DNA from: Octopus bimaculoides | Lineage: Eukaryota | Direction: 5' to 3' | DNA: 32,519 nucleotides | Assembly (NCBI RefSeq): GCF_001194135.2 | Contig: NC_068982.1 | Span: 184,622,127-184,654,645 of the forward strand | Shown here: one piece after another, positions 11,607-21,880 of the stretch | Position numbering within the stretch: position 1 is the stretch's first letter | Layout of the letters: every line of letters starts with the position of its first letter | Notes under the pieces: model-generated | Databases searched by the model: none | The model's input: only the letters and a program-made list of their open reading frames with translations | Told to the model about the DNA's origin: nothing | Position numbers and translations under genes: made by a program

Positions 11607-12272
11607 GGATCTTTTCTGTTTCACTGCCACGTACCAATTTCTTCAATTTTTGTCCCATTTGATTTCATATTTGGTGTAATGATGTAGTTTTGTATGCTAA
11701 TCTTTGACATGAAATTCTTTTTCGCCATAAGTCAATAAACAAAGAGTTAATAGCTTTTAAAGTTTGCGCATTTTGTGTAATTTAGCCATTCGAAAGCCAC
11801 AGAAATATAGGTGCCCGTTTCCATAGTAACAAGCCAAGCTGTTACCAAGCTGCTACTCATGCGGTCATTTTTGGCTTATGAAATGGCGGTCGTGAAATAT
11901 GCTAAATAGGTCTTAAATCAAGCGCCAAATTTCTTTTTGTTTTGGATTTTGCATAATCGTATGAACTCCCGTGTGTAGAATACAAATTCGCAAAAATACT
12001 CTGAAAATTCCAAAAAATAAAAGAAGTTATGAGGGATTATATGTCATGCGTAAAACAGAATTCCGCCAATATTTCATTTGTTTACAGTTGACAACACATG
12101 CAGTCACGCACAAAATGACAATCAAACTTTAAACCGCTGTAACTTTTTAAAAAGACATTTCTTGAAAAAGTGAATTATCTCCTGAGATTCAACGTGGAAA
12201 ATTACATCAATCCTCCAAATTTTAAAATTTTCACTAGAGGAACAACCACAGGAGCAGCCAAGCAAAAGATCC
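11607..12272. mobile_element. Non-autonomous DNA transposon with GGATC termini and 8-bp TSD (second family)
   Basis: Ends GGATCTTTT / AAAAGATCC; TSD GTCACTTT (11599-11606) versus ATCACTTT (12273-12280), one mismatch, and the duplicated 8-mer is SINE sequence; degenerate subterminal IR ATTTGG...TGATGTA.TTTT. Confidence 0.8.
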
Positions 12273-12362
12273 ATCACTTTTGCTGAAGCGCGAGATTTAT
12301 GAGGACGTACTCAAACCAACACCGGTTGTGAAGCGGTAAGGAGCCAGGCTCAAATATACATA

Positions 12363-13616
12363 CAGGGGTTGGGCAAAATAATGGAAACACCTATAATCAT
12401 CGCATCATAATTTTGAAATATCTATAAAACTGTCAAAAGCTTGTTTATTTTTATGTTTTTTATTATTATTAGTGTTGCTTAATATGTTTTGCTAAATTTG
12501 TTGTTTCTTTTCAGATATCATGAGAAAAAGGTAATTAATATTCATTAAAATGACAGATCTATCAGACTTTGAAAGAGGTCAAATTGTTGGTGCTCGTATG
12601 GCAGGCGCTAGCGTAACGAAAATAGCTGAGCTGTTTGGTGTATCAAGAAGTACTGTCTGGAAAGTAATAACAGCCTTTGAGAAAGAGGGAAAAACCTCCT
12701 CGTCGAAACAAAACTCCGGAAGAAAACCAAAACTTTCAGATAGGGACCGTCGGACTCTTAAGCGAATTCTTAGAATGGATCACAAAAGTATAGCTCCCCA
12801 AATTACTGCAGAGCTTAATGACCACCTCGAGAACCCAGTTTTCACACAAACTGTTCGCCGGGAGCTGCTCAAAGCCGGATTTCAGGGGAGGGCTGCAATC
12901 AGAAAACCACCATTTTCAAAAACAAACGTTGCAAAGCGTTTAGAGTGAGTGGAGTAAAAAACTACAGAATTGGTCTCTAGAAGAATGTTATTTTCTGGGA
13001 CGAGTCATCCTTTACCTTATTTCCGAGCACCGGCCGAGTATACGCGTGGAGACAGCCAAAAGAAGCATTTGACCCAAATTGCCTGCTTCCAACTGTTAAA
13101 CATGGAGGAGGATCTGTGATGATCTGGTGGAGGGCTATATCTTGGAAATCTGCCGGCTCAATGGTTTCCCTTCATGGTAGAATTAATAGTCAAGACTATT
13201 TAAGCATTTTATCTGATCAAATTCATCGTATGGTTGCGGAAGTGTTTCCGAAGGGAAACGCAATCTTCCAGGATGATAATGCACCAATTCACACAGCTAA
13301 AGTTGTTACCGAATGGCACGAGGAACATTCTAGTGAAGTTGAACATCTTCTGGCCACCACAGTCCCCAGATCTCAATATTATTGAACATTTACGGTGCAT
13401 TTTAGAAAAACAATAAGCAGTCGATATCCTCCACCATTATCACTACAAGAACTGGGGACTGTTTTAGCTGAAGAATGGACAAAAATTCCTTTGTACGAGT
13501 CCATACCTCGTAGAATTCAAGCTGTATTTGCTGCCAAAGGCGGTCCTACCTTATATTAGATTTTTTTTCTTTTTTTTTAAATTTTAAGGTGTTTCCATTA
13601 TTTTGTCCAACCCCTG
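12363..13616 (+). mobile_element. Full-length Tc1-like DNA transposon (1254 bp), apparently DD36E (Incomer-like)
   Basis: 30-bp TIRs CAGGGGTTGG(G/A)CAAAATAATGGAAACACCT (12363-12392 / 13587-13616) with one mismatch; TA TSD on both sides. Confidence 0.95.
12550..13559 (+). pseudogene. Tc1-family transposase, frameshifted
   Basis: MTDLSDFERGQIVGARMAGASVTK (paired-like HTH), GRKPKLS, WDESSFTLF, TVKHGGGSVMIW, FQDDNAPIHTA, WPPQSPDLNIIEH, AAKGGPTLY*; 4-bp duplication at about 12945 plus further indels. Confidence 0.95.
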
Positions 13617-13796
13617 TAATATTCGATGGGCTGCTTTCAGTTTCCATCAACCAAATCCACTCAGTAAGGCTTTGGTTGGCCCTCGACATGCGCTTATAGT
13701 GAAAGAGGCTTACTCAAGATGTCACGCAGTGGGACTGAACCCGGAACCATGTGGTTTGCAAGCGAACTTCTTGCCACACAGCCATGCTTGCTCCTC

Positions 13797-13818
13797 TATG
13801 TGTGTGTGCATGTGTGTA

Positions 13819-13875
<57 letters not shown>

Positions 13876-13879
13876 GGAA

Positions 13880-13914
<35 letters not shown>

Positions 13915-13924
13915 NNNNNNNNNN

Positions 13925-13969
<45 letters not shown>

Positions 13970-14020
13970 GGAAACCAGAGAGAGAGAGAGAGAGAGAGGA
14001 AACCAGAGAGAGAGAGAGAG
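13797..14020. repeat. (GT)n/(GA)n tract with GGAAACCA spacers, spanning a 10-N gap
   Basis: Directly visible; partly duplicated across the gap. Confidence 0.9.
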
Positions 14021-14354
14021 AATACTTTCCACGAATCTATCTCCTGTACTGCCGCCACATGAAAGCCTGATGGACACTAATCTTCCAGGCATCCACCCCA
14101 ATCACCTCCTCATGATGTGTTATAAATTGTGTGATATCATTTATCTTACTTATTCATCAATTCGCATTTGGCTCGGGTGAGAGTTGGGGAGTGTAGTGGG
14201 TGTGACGAACGGACAGACGTGACGGGTGGTTGTTGGGGTGGCTTTCAGTGTTATTTATCTGCGGAAATGGACATCTCCACTCGACCATATTATGTGTGTC
14301 TATGTTCGGTTATCTATATAGGTATGTGTTTCTAATTGCGTTTTTTCCCCGTAT

Positions 14355-14555
14355 CTTTTATTCGTTTCAGTCATTGGAGGGTGGCCATGCTGGAGCACCA
14401 CCTTGAAGTGTGTAGTGGGACAAGTGGGTCCTAGTACTTATTATTTAAAGGTACTTATTTTATCTGTCTTTTAGGGGAAACATTTAGCTTACGAAGACGT
14501 ATACAAACCAACACTGGTTGTCAAGCGGTGGAGGAGGGGCAAACACAAACACAAA
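14355..14555 (-). mobile_element. SINE family A, 3' half
   Basis: TTTCAGTCATT...GGCCATGCTGGAGCACC...TAGTACTTATT...CCAACACTGGTTGTCAAGCGG. Confidence 0.8.
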
Positions 14556-14618
14556 AGCATACACACACAAACCCACAATGCACACACGCGCATACATATA
14601 TGTATGGAAGGCCAGCAT

Positions 14619-14641
14619 CTGTCTGTCTGTCTGTCTGTCTA

Positions 14642-14676
<35 letters not shown>

Positions 14677-14700
14677 GGCTGGCTGGCTCTCTGTCTGTCC

Positions 14701-14776
<76 letters not shown>

Positions 14777-14799
14777 ATCTATATTTCTATCAATGTATA

Positions 14800-14833
<34 letters not shown>
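14619..14833. repeat. Compound (TCTG)n/(TCTA)n/(TACA)n microsatellite
   Basis: Directly visible. Confidence 0.95.
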
Positions 14834-15792
14834 NNNNNNNNNNNNNNNNNNNNNNNNNNNNNNNNNNNNNNNNNNNNNNNNNNNNNNNNNNNNNNNNNNN
14901 NNNNNNNNNNNNNNNNNNNNNNNNNNNNNNNNNNNNNNNNNNNNNNNNNNNNNNNNNNNNNNNNNNNNNNNNNNNNNNNNNNNNNNNNNNNNNNNNNNNN
15001 NNNNNNNNNNNNNNNNNNNNNNNNNNNNNNNNNNNNNNNNNNNNNNNNNNNNNNNNNNNNNNNNNNNNNNNNNNNNNNNNNNNNNNNNNNNNNNNNNNNN
15101 NNNNNNNNNNNNNNNNNNNNNNNNNNNNNNNNNNNNNNNNNNNNNNNNNNNNNNNNNNNNNNNNNNNNNNNNNNNNNNNNNNNNNNNNNNNNNNNNNNNN
15201 NNNNNNNNNNNNNNNNNNNNNNNNNNNNNNNNNNNNNNNNNNNNNNNNNNNNNNNNNNNNNNNNNNNNNNNNNNNNNNNNNNNNNNNNNNNNNNNNNNNN
15301 NNNNNNNNNNNNNNNNNNNNNNNNNNNNNNNNNNNNNNNNNNNNNNNNNNNNNNNNNNNNNNNNNNNNNNNNNNNNNNNNNNNNNNNNNNNNNNNNNNNN
15401 NNNNNNNNNNNNNNNNNNNNNNNNNNNNNNNNNNNNNNNNNNNNNNNNNNNNNNNNNNNNNNNNNNNNNNNNNNNNNNNNNNNNNNNNNNNNNNNNNNNN
15501 NNNNNNNNNNNNNNNNNNNNNNNNNNNNNNNNNNNNNNNNNNNNNNNNNNNNNNNNNNNNNNNNNNNNNNNNNNNNNNNNNNNNNNNNNNNNNNNNNNNN
15601 NNNNNNNNNNNNNNNNNNNNNNNNNNNNNNNNNNATTTTTCAATTACATGAAATAAAAATTGGAGGGAGATGGGATAAACTACCTGCATCAACTTGCTAT
15701 AAAATTAGGTAGAAATTTTACCTTGTCCTTATTCTTAGTGCAAGTCTTGAAGAGTGCAGTTCGGTTTTAAAAGTTATTTTTTCAAAGCTATA

Positions 15793-16345
15793 ATGGAAGT
15801 AAGAAAGTAGCATATTCGGCATATTTTGATTTATGAGTTCAATAAAGGCAACAACACAACGGAAAGTGCGAGGAATATTAATGCAGTATTTGGGGATTGG
15901 ACAATAAGCGTCAGCCAGTGTCAACGGTGGTTCCAGAAATTCCGAGCCGGAAACTACAGCCTGGAAGACGAGCCTCATCCCGGAAAACCTATAGAGCTCG
16001 ATGATATGACGTCCTGCAAAACCTGGTGGAACAAAATCCCATCGTAACTGTTGAGGAACTAGCAGAGAAGCCTGAATTTGGTCATTCAACCATTCATCGC
16101 ACCTGCGTGCCATCGGAAAAGTCAGCAAATTGGGCCAATGGATTCGTCACAAACTTTCTGAGTCTAATCGCGCGCGCAGAGAGTGAATGTGTGCTCTTCT
16201 TTGCTGTCGTGTCTCTCGAATGAACCTTTTCTGGACTGAATAGTGATTGGTGACGAGAAATGGGTTCTCCAAAAAAATGTCAAGTGCCGAAGGCAGTGGG
16301 CAGGGAAAGGAGAAACACTGCACCCCAAGTTAAAGACCTGTCTTG
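15793..16345 (+). pseudogene. Mariner (Mos1/Hsmar1-like) transposase, 5' half, decayed
   Basis: MEVRK*HIRHILIYEFNKGNNTTESARNINAVFGD...QRWFQKFRAGNYSLEDEPHPGKP, VEQNPIVTVEELAE, KLGQWIRHKLS, FLD*IVIGDEKWV (first catalytic D); truncated afterwards. Confidence 0.9.
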
Positions 16346-16407
16346 GAATAGAAACCACGACCTAATGATCATGAACTCAATACCCGCACGACAAGGCTAC
16401 ACACCTT

Positions 16408-16410
16408 TGT

Positions 16411-16464
<54 letters not shown>
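16408..16464. repeat. (GT)n microsatellite
   Basis: Directly visible. Confidence 0.95.
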
Positions 16465-16469
<5 letters not shown>

Positions 16470-16524
16470 CTACTGCTTTTGTTTACGCCTTGGTCTTATG
16501 TCTAGCTGGGATTAAAGTAGAATA

Positions 16525-16575
16525 ACTGCTATACTAATGACGCCTATTGAGGCAGAAACATGCATGTCCGCAACT
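16525..16575 (+). ncRNA. Degenerate minimal type I hammerhead ribozyme-like motif
   Basis: CTAATGA (CUGAUGA with G5>A), helix II GCCT-attg-AGGC, GAAA, palindromic helix III ACATGCATGT, cleavage triplet GTC; helix I poorly paired. Confidence 0.55.
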
Positions 16576-17673
16576 ACCCCCTTGCCTCCAGAAATGAAAA
16601 AAAGGTCTTTTGCTTAGTCAGATGTAAATTCTGGAGAGCTTTTGATTCATCGTTTCCACTTCTCCATCTCGATCGGAGTCTAGCAATTGCCACTAGACTA
16701 GGTGTTTGCTTACCGTCTCTCGAAGCTTGAACAATTTCAATAACTCATAAGTTATCTTATGAGGTATTCAGTATACCTTTATTCGTCTGTGATGTCCAAA
16801 TTCATGCCACATAACTGTCTAAGTTATTTTTTCCATTTTTGTTACACACAAACACACACACACGACACGACACAACACAGCTATATAAGGAGAGGGAGGA
16901 AAGAATATATATNNNNNNNNNNNNNNNNNNNNNNNNNNNNNNNNNNNNNNNNNNNNNNNNNNNNNNNNNNNNNNNNNNNNNNNNNNNNNNNNNNNNNNNN
17001 NNNNNNNNNNNNNNNNNNNNNNNNNNNNNNNNNNNNNNNNNNNNNNNNNNNNNNNNNNNNNNNNNNNNNNNNNNNNNNNNNNNNNNNNNNNNNNNNNNNN
17101 NNNNNNNNNNNNNNNNNNNNNNNNNNNNNNNNNNNNNNNNNNNNNNNNNNNNNNNNNNNNNNNNNNNNNNNNNNNNNNNNNNNNNNNNNNNNNNNNNNNN
17201 NNNNNNNNNNNNNNNNNNNNNNNNNNNNNNNNNNNNNNNNNNNNNNNNNNNNNNNNNNNNNNNNNNNNNNNNNNNNNNNNNNNNNNNNNNNNNNNNNNNN
17301 NNNNNNNNNNNNNNNNNNNNNNNNNNNNNNNNNNNNNNNNNNNNNNNNNNNNNNNNNNNNNNNNNNNNNNNNNNNNNNNNNNNNNNNNNNNNNNNNNNNN
17401 NNNNNNNNNNNNNNNNNNNNNNNNNNNNNNNNNNNNNNNNNNNNNNNNNNNNNNNNNNNNNNNNNNNNNNNNNNNNNNNNNNNNNNNNNNNNNNNNNNNN
17501 NNNNNNNNNNNNNNNNNNNNNNNNNNNNNNNNNNNNNNNNNNNNNNNNNNNNNNNNNNNNNNNNNNNNNNNNNNNNNNNNNNNNNNNNNNNNNNNNNNNN
17601 NNNNNNNNNNNNNNNNNNNNNNNNNNNNNNNNNNNNNNNNNNNNNNNNNNNNNNNNNNNNNNNNNNNNNNATA

Positions 17674-17706
<33 letters not shown>

Positions 17707-17719
17707 AATACACATAATA

Positions 17720-18513
17720 CATATATGTTTCAGAATAAATTTGACGGTTTGCATAAAAGAAAAGAAAGCACAATTTTTTTCTATTTAGGGATGATCATAT
17801 TTTTTGCCAATTAGCCACAATTATCCATCCAAAAATAGTATTAAAAAACCGAAAAATATCACCTAAATTATGATTGGGAGGTAACAGTTTATTCAAAGTA
17901 CCTGCCCTCAGTTTCCACCGCAGCTTCAACACGGGTCTGGAATTGGCACATGCATTTCTCATTGCGTCCCTGAAATGACTGACCTTCGAACACCGCTTTC
18001 ATTTTGGCCACCAGCTCGGCCTCGGTACTGCAGGCAGAGCGGTTGGTGTTTTACTTCACCGCGCCCCACACATAGTAATCCGTGGAATTACAATTTCGTG
18101 AATTAGGAGGTCAGAAACTGGGGCTGATGAAGTGGTAGAAATTCTCCGACAACTACTTCTGACTCTCTCCAGAGTCATGACAACGAGCCGAATTTACTTA
18201 CTGTAGACCATCGATTACAGTTTGGAGAACTTGGTTTTCTTGATGTCCGTGTTACGTCTTATAACCTTTACAGCGTTCCCAAAGCATTAGTCATGTTTTC
18301 GCCATTTTGCTACCCGGTGCAAATCCTCATGTTACAAGTAACTCTTTTCCAATATGCAGATGGCTTCCAGTACTCCATGTCAGCTACTTTTTTTCTTAAC
18401 TACCGCTTTAAACTTTATGCTCTTCAACGCCATTGGTTGTTCACCAATACATGAAACTGTTTCTGAAAAAAAAGAAGACATAAAACATCGTCAAATTTAT
18501 CCCGAACACCCTG
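17720..18513 (-). mobile_element. Internally deleted maT-type (DD37D) Tc1/mariner element
   Basis: 5' TIR CAGGGTGTTCGGGATAAATTTGACG at 18513 flanked by TA; degenerate mate TGTTTCAGAATAAATTTGACG near 17726. Minus strand encodes N-terminal MEYWKPSAYWKR joined to C-terminal ARCHDSGESQK*LSENFYHF...PPNS..CNSTDYYVWG...RVEAAVETEGRYFE*. Confidence 0.8.
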
Positions 18514-18519
18514 TATTTG

Positions 18520-18530
18520 TCACACACACA

Positions 18531-18582
<52 letters not shown>
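18520..18582. repeat. (CA)n microsatellite
   Basis: Directly visible. Confidence 0.95.
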
Positions 18583-18585
<3 letters not shown>

Positions 18586-18966
18586 CTATATGTATGCATA
18601 CATACATATATACAAACAAGCAAACAAACACACATATTGATATAGATACAACACACATACATATAGAGGCAGACAGAGATGCTGTCAGGCATCCTTACGT
18701 AAATACGTACGTTGCTTGGATGCCTCTTATTTATCCGGTTGCTGCTGGCTGTGTCGCTGCCAACATCCCTACCCCAACCTAAAGAAGCAGAGTCGACAGC
18801 ACACAAATGTGTTTCCATCCACAATAATAGGAAAACAGTTTTCAATAAAATTAGCAAGGACCGTGGCAATAAATATATGACAAGCGCAAACATTCGAAAA
18901 AAATTGCTCTTTATTTATCTAAGTCGGTATTTCCACATGCTCAAGTGATTCTAGAATGTTGAAGGC

Positions 18967-19305
18967 AAAGGGTAAAGGCTCCATTCCGTCACAAGCGAGC
19001 ATTGGATTGCCCCTAGAAAGTCCCCCCCACCCCGAGGAACAAGTCCGGGCAAGGTTGTTTATGGAAGACCAGCAGTTACCCATGCATACCAGCCTCCCCT
19101 CTCCACACCACTGATGTTGTCCAAGAGAAAGGCGAAGTCCCATACAACTTGGCACCAGTGACGTCGCAACTCATTTCTACAGTTGAGTGAACTGGAGCAA
19201 CGTGAAATAAAGTGTCTTGCTCAAGAACACAACACAGCTCAGTCCGGGAATCGAACTCACTACATCATGATTGTGAGCCCGACGCTCTAACCACTGCGCC
19301 TTCAC
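18967..19305 (-). mobile_element. tRNA-derived SINE family D with CORE-like central domain
   Basis: Minus strand: GCAGTGGTTAGAGC (A box), GAGTTCGATTCCC (B box), GTGTTCTTGAGCAAGACACTT...CTGTAGAAATG (CORE-like), CTTTACCCTTT tail. Confidence 0.85.
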
Positions 19306-19504
19306 AAAACGTTGAATCGGTGTTCAAAGGGGTACATCCATATTACGGAAACAAATAGTTGTTTATAACTTCTACTTGTACTACCATCAACACACGCGCA
19401 GACGAAATGATTAAAATGCGTCTATGAAAGATTTTGTCTACAACTTTTAACCTAACCCAACTTACGTTAATTACTGGGGCCTAAATTTTTACTGTTATAA
19501 ATAT

Positions 19505-19667
19505 AGGCATGTGTATGTGTGGTAAGAAGCTTGCTTCCTGACCACATAGTTCCGGGTTCGGTCTCACTGCGTGGCTGCTTGCGCAAGTGTCTTTTACTTA
19601 TAGCCTCGGGCCGACCAAAGCCTTGTGAGTGGATTTGGCAGACAGAAACTGAAAGTAGCCCGTCGTA

Positions 19668-19726
<59 letters not shown>

Positions 19727-19842
19727 GTGTTTGTGTCTGTGTTTGTCTCCTACCACCGCTTAACAACTGGTGCTGGTGTGTTTACATCCCCGTAACTTAG
19801 CGGTTCGCCAAAAGAGACCGATAGAATTAGTACTGGACTTTA
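19505..19842 (+). mobile_element. SINE family A, near full-length (3' end in gap)
   Basis: Head, central (GT)n tract and 3' block colinear with 26848-27247. Confidence 0.9.
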
Positions 19843-20200
19843 NNNNNNNNNNNNNNNNNNNNNNNNNNNNNNNNNNNNNNNNNNNNNNNNNNNNNNNNNN
19901 NNNNNNNNNNNNNNNNNNNNNNNNNNNNNNNNNNNNNNNNNNNNNNNNNNNNNNNNNNNNNNNNNNNNNNNNNNNNNNNNNNNNNNNNNNNNNNNNNNNN
20001 NNNNNNNNNNNNNNNNNNNNNNNNNNNNNNNNNNNNNNNNNNNNNNNNNNNNNNNNNNNNNNNNNNNNNNNNNNNNNNNNNNNNNNNNNNNNNNNNNNNN
20101 NNNNNNNNNNNNNNNNNNNNNNNNNNNNNNNNNNNNNNNNNNNNNNNNNNNNNNNNNNNNNNNNNNNNNNNNNNNNNNNNNNNNNNNNNNNNNNNNNNNT

Positions 20201-20343
20201 TAAATCAATCCCCAGTGTTTTACTGGTACTTATTTTATCGGCCTCAGGAGGATGAAAGGCAAAATCGACATCGGTGACATATGAACTCAGAACGTAAAGA
20301 TTAAACAGTTTGTCTATTTCGGTAACGATTCTGCCAGCTCGCC
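20201..20343 (-). mobile_element. SINE family C (MetaSINE-like), copy 1
   Basis: Minus strand GGCGAGCTGGCAGAATCGTTA...TTCTGAGTTCA...GCCTTTCATCCT...GATAAAATAAGTACCAG, which resembles the Meta domain. Confidence 0.8.
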
Positions 20344-20350
20344 AACTTTT

Positions 20351-20570
20351 TAATAATCCTTGCTACTGAAGACACGAAGCCTGAAATTTGCGAGGAGGGG
20401 GACAAGCCGATTAAATCGACCCCAGTGTTTTACAGGTACTTAATTTATCAATCCCAAAAGAATGAAAGGCAAAGTCGACCTCGGCGGAATTTGAACTCAG
20501 AGCATAAAGACGGACGAAATGCCGCTAAGCATTTTGCCCAGCGTGCTAACGATTCTGCCAGCTCGCATCT
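20351..20570 (-). mobile_element. SINE family C (MetaSINE-like), copy 2, near full-length
   Basis: Minus strand GCGAGCTGGCAGAATCGTTAGCACG...GAGTTCAAATTCCGCCGAGGTCGACTTTGCCTTTCATTCTTT...TAAATTAAGTACC...CTGGGGTCGATTTAATCG. Confidence 0.88.
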
Positions 20571-20599
20571 TTATATGATAATTATAATAACCGACTCAA

Positions 20600-20765
20600 A
20601 TATGACACAGGACAGCAACTTTAAGGGGTTTAGGGAAGATGATTACATCGACCCCAGTACTTGACTTATACTTTATTTTATCGCCCCCGAAAAGAATAAA
20701 AAGCAAATTCGATCTCGGTGGGATTCGAACGCAGAGTGTAAAGGGATGGAAGAAGTACTGCAAGT
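20600..20765 (-). mobile_element. SINE family C-related copy 3, more diverged
   Basis: GATTACATCGACCCCAGT...TTTTATCG.CCCCGAAAAGAAT.AAA.GCAAA.TCGATCTCGG..GGATTCGAAC. Confidence 0.7.
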
Positions 20766-20945
20766 ATTCATAGCTGGATCTCTCCGTAACGTGACAACAG
20801 CAAGCCGTTCAACAAAAACTCCTCAAGTCAGCAATATTCGGATAGTTGAATGTGTGCGTGAAGAACCATTTCGTTGCACTGCGCGCATCTCGGACTGGCC
20901 CGACTAATGGCATGGCACTTTCATGGATGTAAATTTCATCTCAAA

Positions 20946-20974
20946 CTAGTAGTGCCTCTTGGTGGCACTACTAG
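20946..20974. repeat. Perfect 11-bp-stem hairpin
   Basis: CTAGTAGTGCC-tcttggt-GGCACTACTAG. Confidence 0.9.
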
Positions 20975-20996
20975 ACCAAGGACAAATTATACATAC

Positions 20997-21122
20997 TAAT
21001 TCCCGATTCGAAAGTCTTCCAGAACAGGAGTAGGCAGTTCATTTTCATTAACGCCCACAGACTCCCCGAGAACACCATCGCTTTTGTTTTCACTACTAAT
21101 CTTCATATCAGAGTTAGTCTGG
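20997..21122 (-). CDS. Candidate 126-bp symmetric (phase 2-2) internal exon, product unknown
   Basis: Acceptor ctttatttatctattgttgatctcAG, donor GTATGT, open frame QTNSDMKISSENKSDGVLGESVGVNENELPTPVLEDFRIGN; no homology recognised and no partner exon found. Confidence 0.25.
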
Positions 21123-21683
21123 CTGAGATCAACAATAGATAAATAAAGGCCTTTACATTCTCTCGAATTTGATTTTTTGTATCACCGTTTGTTTAAATAC
21201 TGAAATTATGCTCGTTGAATTGCTTGGGTTTCTAACTTCAGCAGTTTGTGAATAGTTTCAAAGAAATAATTAGTTCTTTGCCGATTCACATTTCCATCAC
21301 CTCCAAAGTACTTTTACAATGATTTGATGCACTTCAGGGCACTTAAGTTCTGTCAATAGACGGTAAAAGAGCAATCTATCGAGTCACAAAATCGCACCAA
21401 TTACAATCCTCAACATCCACGAAGATTCCTTTAACTGTGTTTCTCTTTTAGACGAGATGCTGAAATAGTTATACATACAGTATATGTGGAACATAATATT
21501 TTCAATAACAATTTCAGTTTCCCTGTCGTGAACCTTGTTGCATTGTACAAATAATGGCTGAAGTAGTTTGCAGAAGTAATTTTCTGATGGCCCATTTTCA
21601 GTTTCTGATAAACAATGCTATATTTTCTACTTTACATTTCCATTGTCAACAATATCTTTTATCTCCTTTTTTTTTTTTTCATA

Positions 21684-21880
21684 TATGTTTCAATCATTTG
21701 ACTGCGGCCATGCTGGGGCACCACCTTGAATCTTTTAGTCGAATGAATTGACCCCCAGCACTTATTTTTATTTAAGTTTGGTACTTATTCTATCGGTCTC
21801 TTTTGCCGAACCGCTAAGCTACGGGGACACGAACGCACCAACACCGATTGTCAAACGGGGGCGGCAAACACAGACACGCA
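21684..21880 (-). mobile_element. SINE family A, 3' half
   Basis: TGTTTCAATCATTTGACTGCGGCCATGCTGGGGCACC...CTATCGGTCTCTTTTGCCGAACCGCTAAG. Confidence 0.9.

Larger units (their letters stand above)
11478..13793 (-). mobile_element. One SINE family A copy split by two insertions
   Basis: SINE blocks in the correct order at 11478-11606, 12273-12360 and 13620-13793, interrupted by the elements at 11607-12272 and 12363-13616. Confidence 0.85.

Noticed and set aside
14150-14258. Minus-strand exon candidate (catttccgcAG ... GTAAGA)
   Set aside because: All three frames contain stops; a terminal or non-coding exon cannot be supported without transcripts.
18123-18150. CTGATGA...GAAA hammerhead-like cores here and at about 23830-23841 (minus strand)
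   Set aside because: Both lie within transposase coding relics and lack helices I-III and a positioned NUH.
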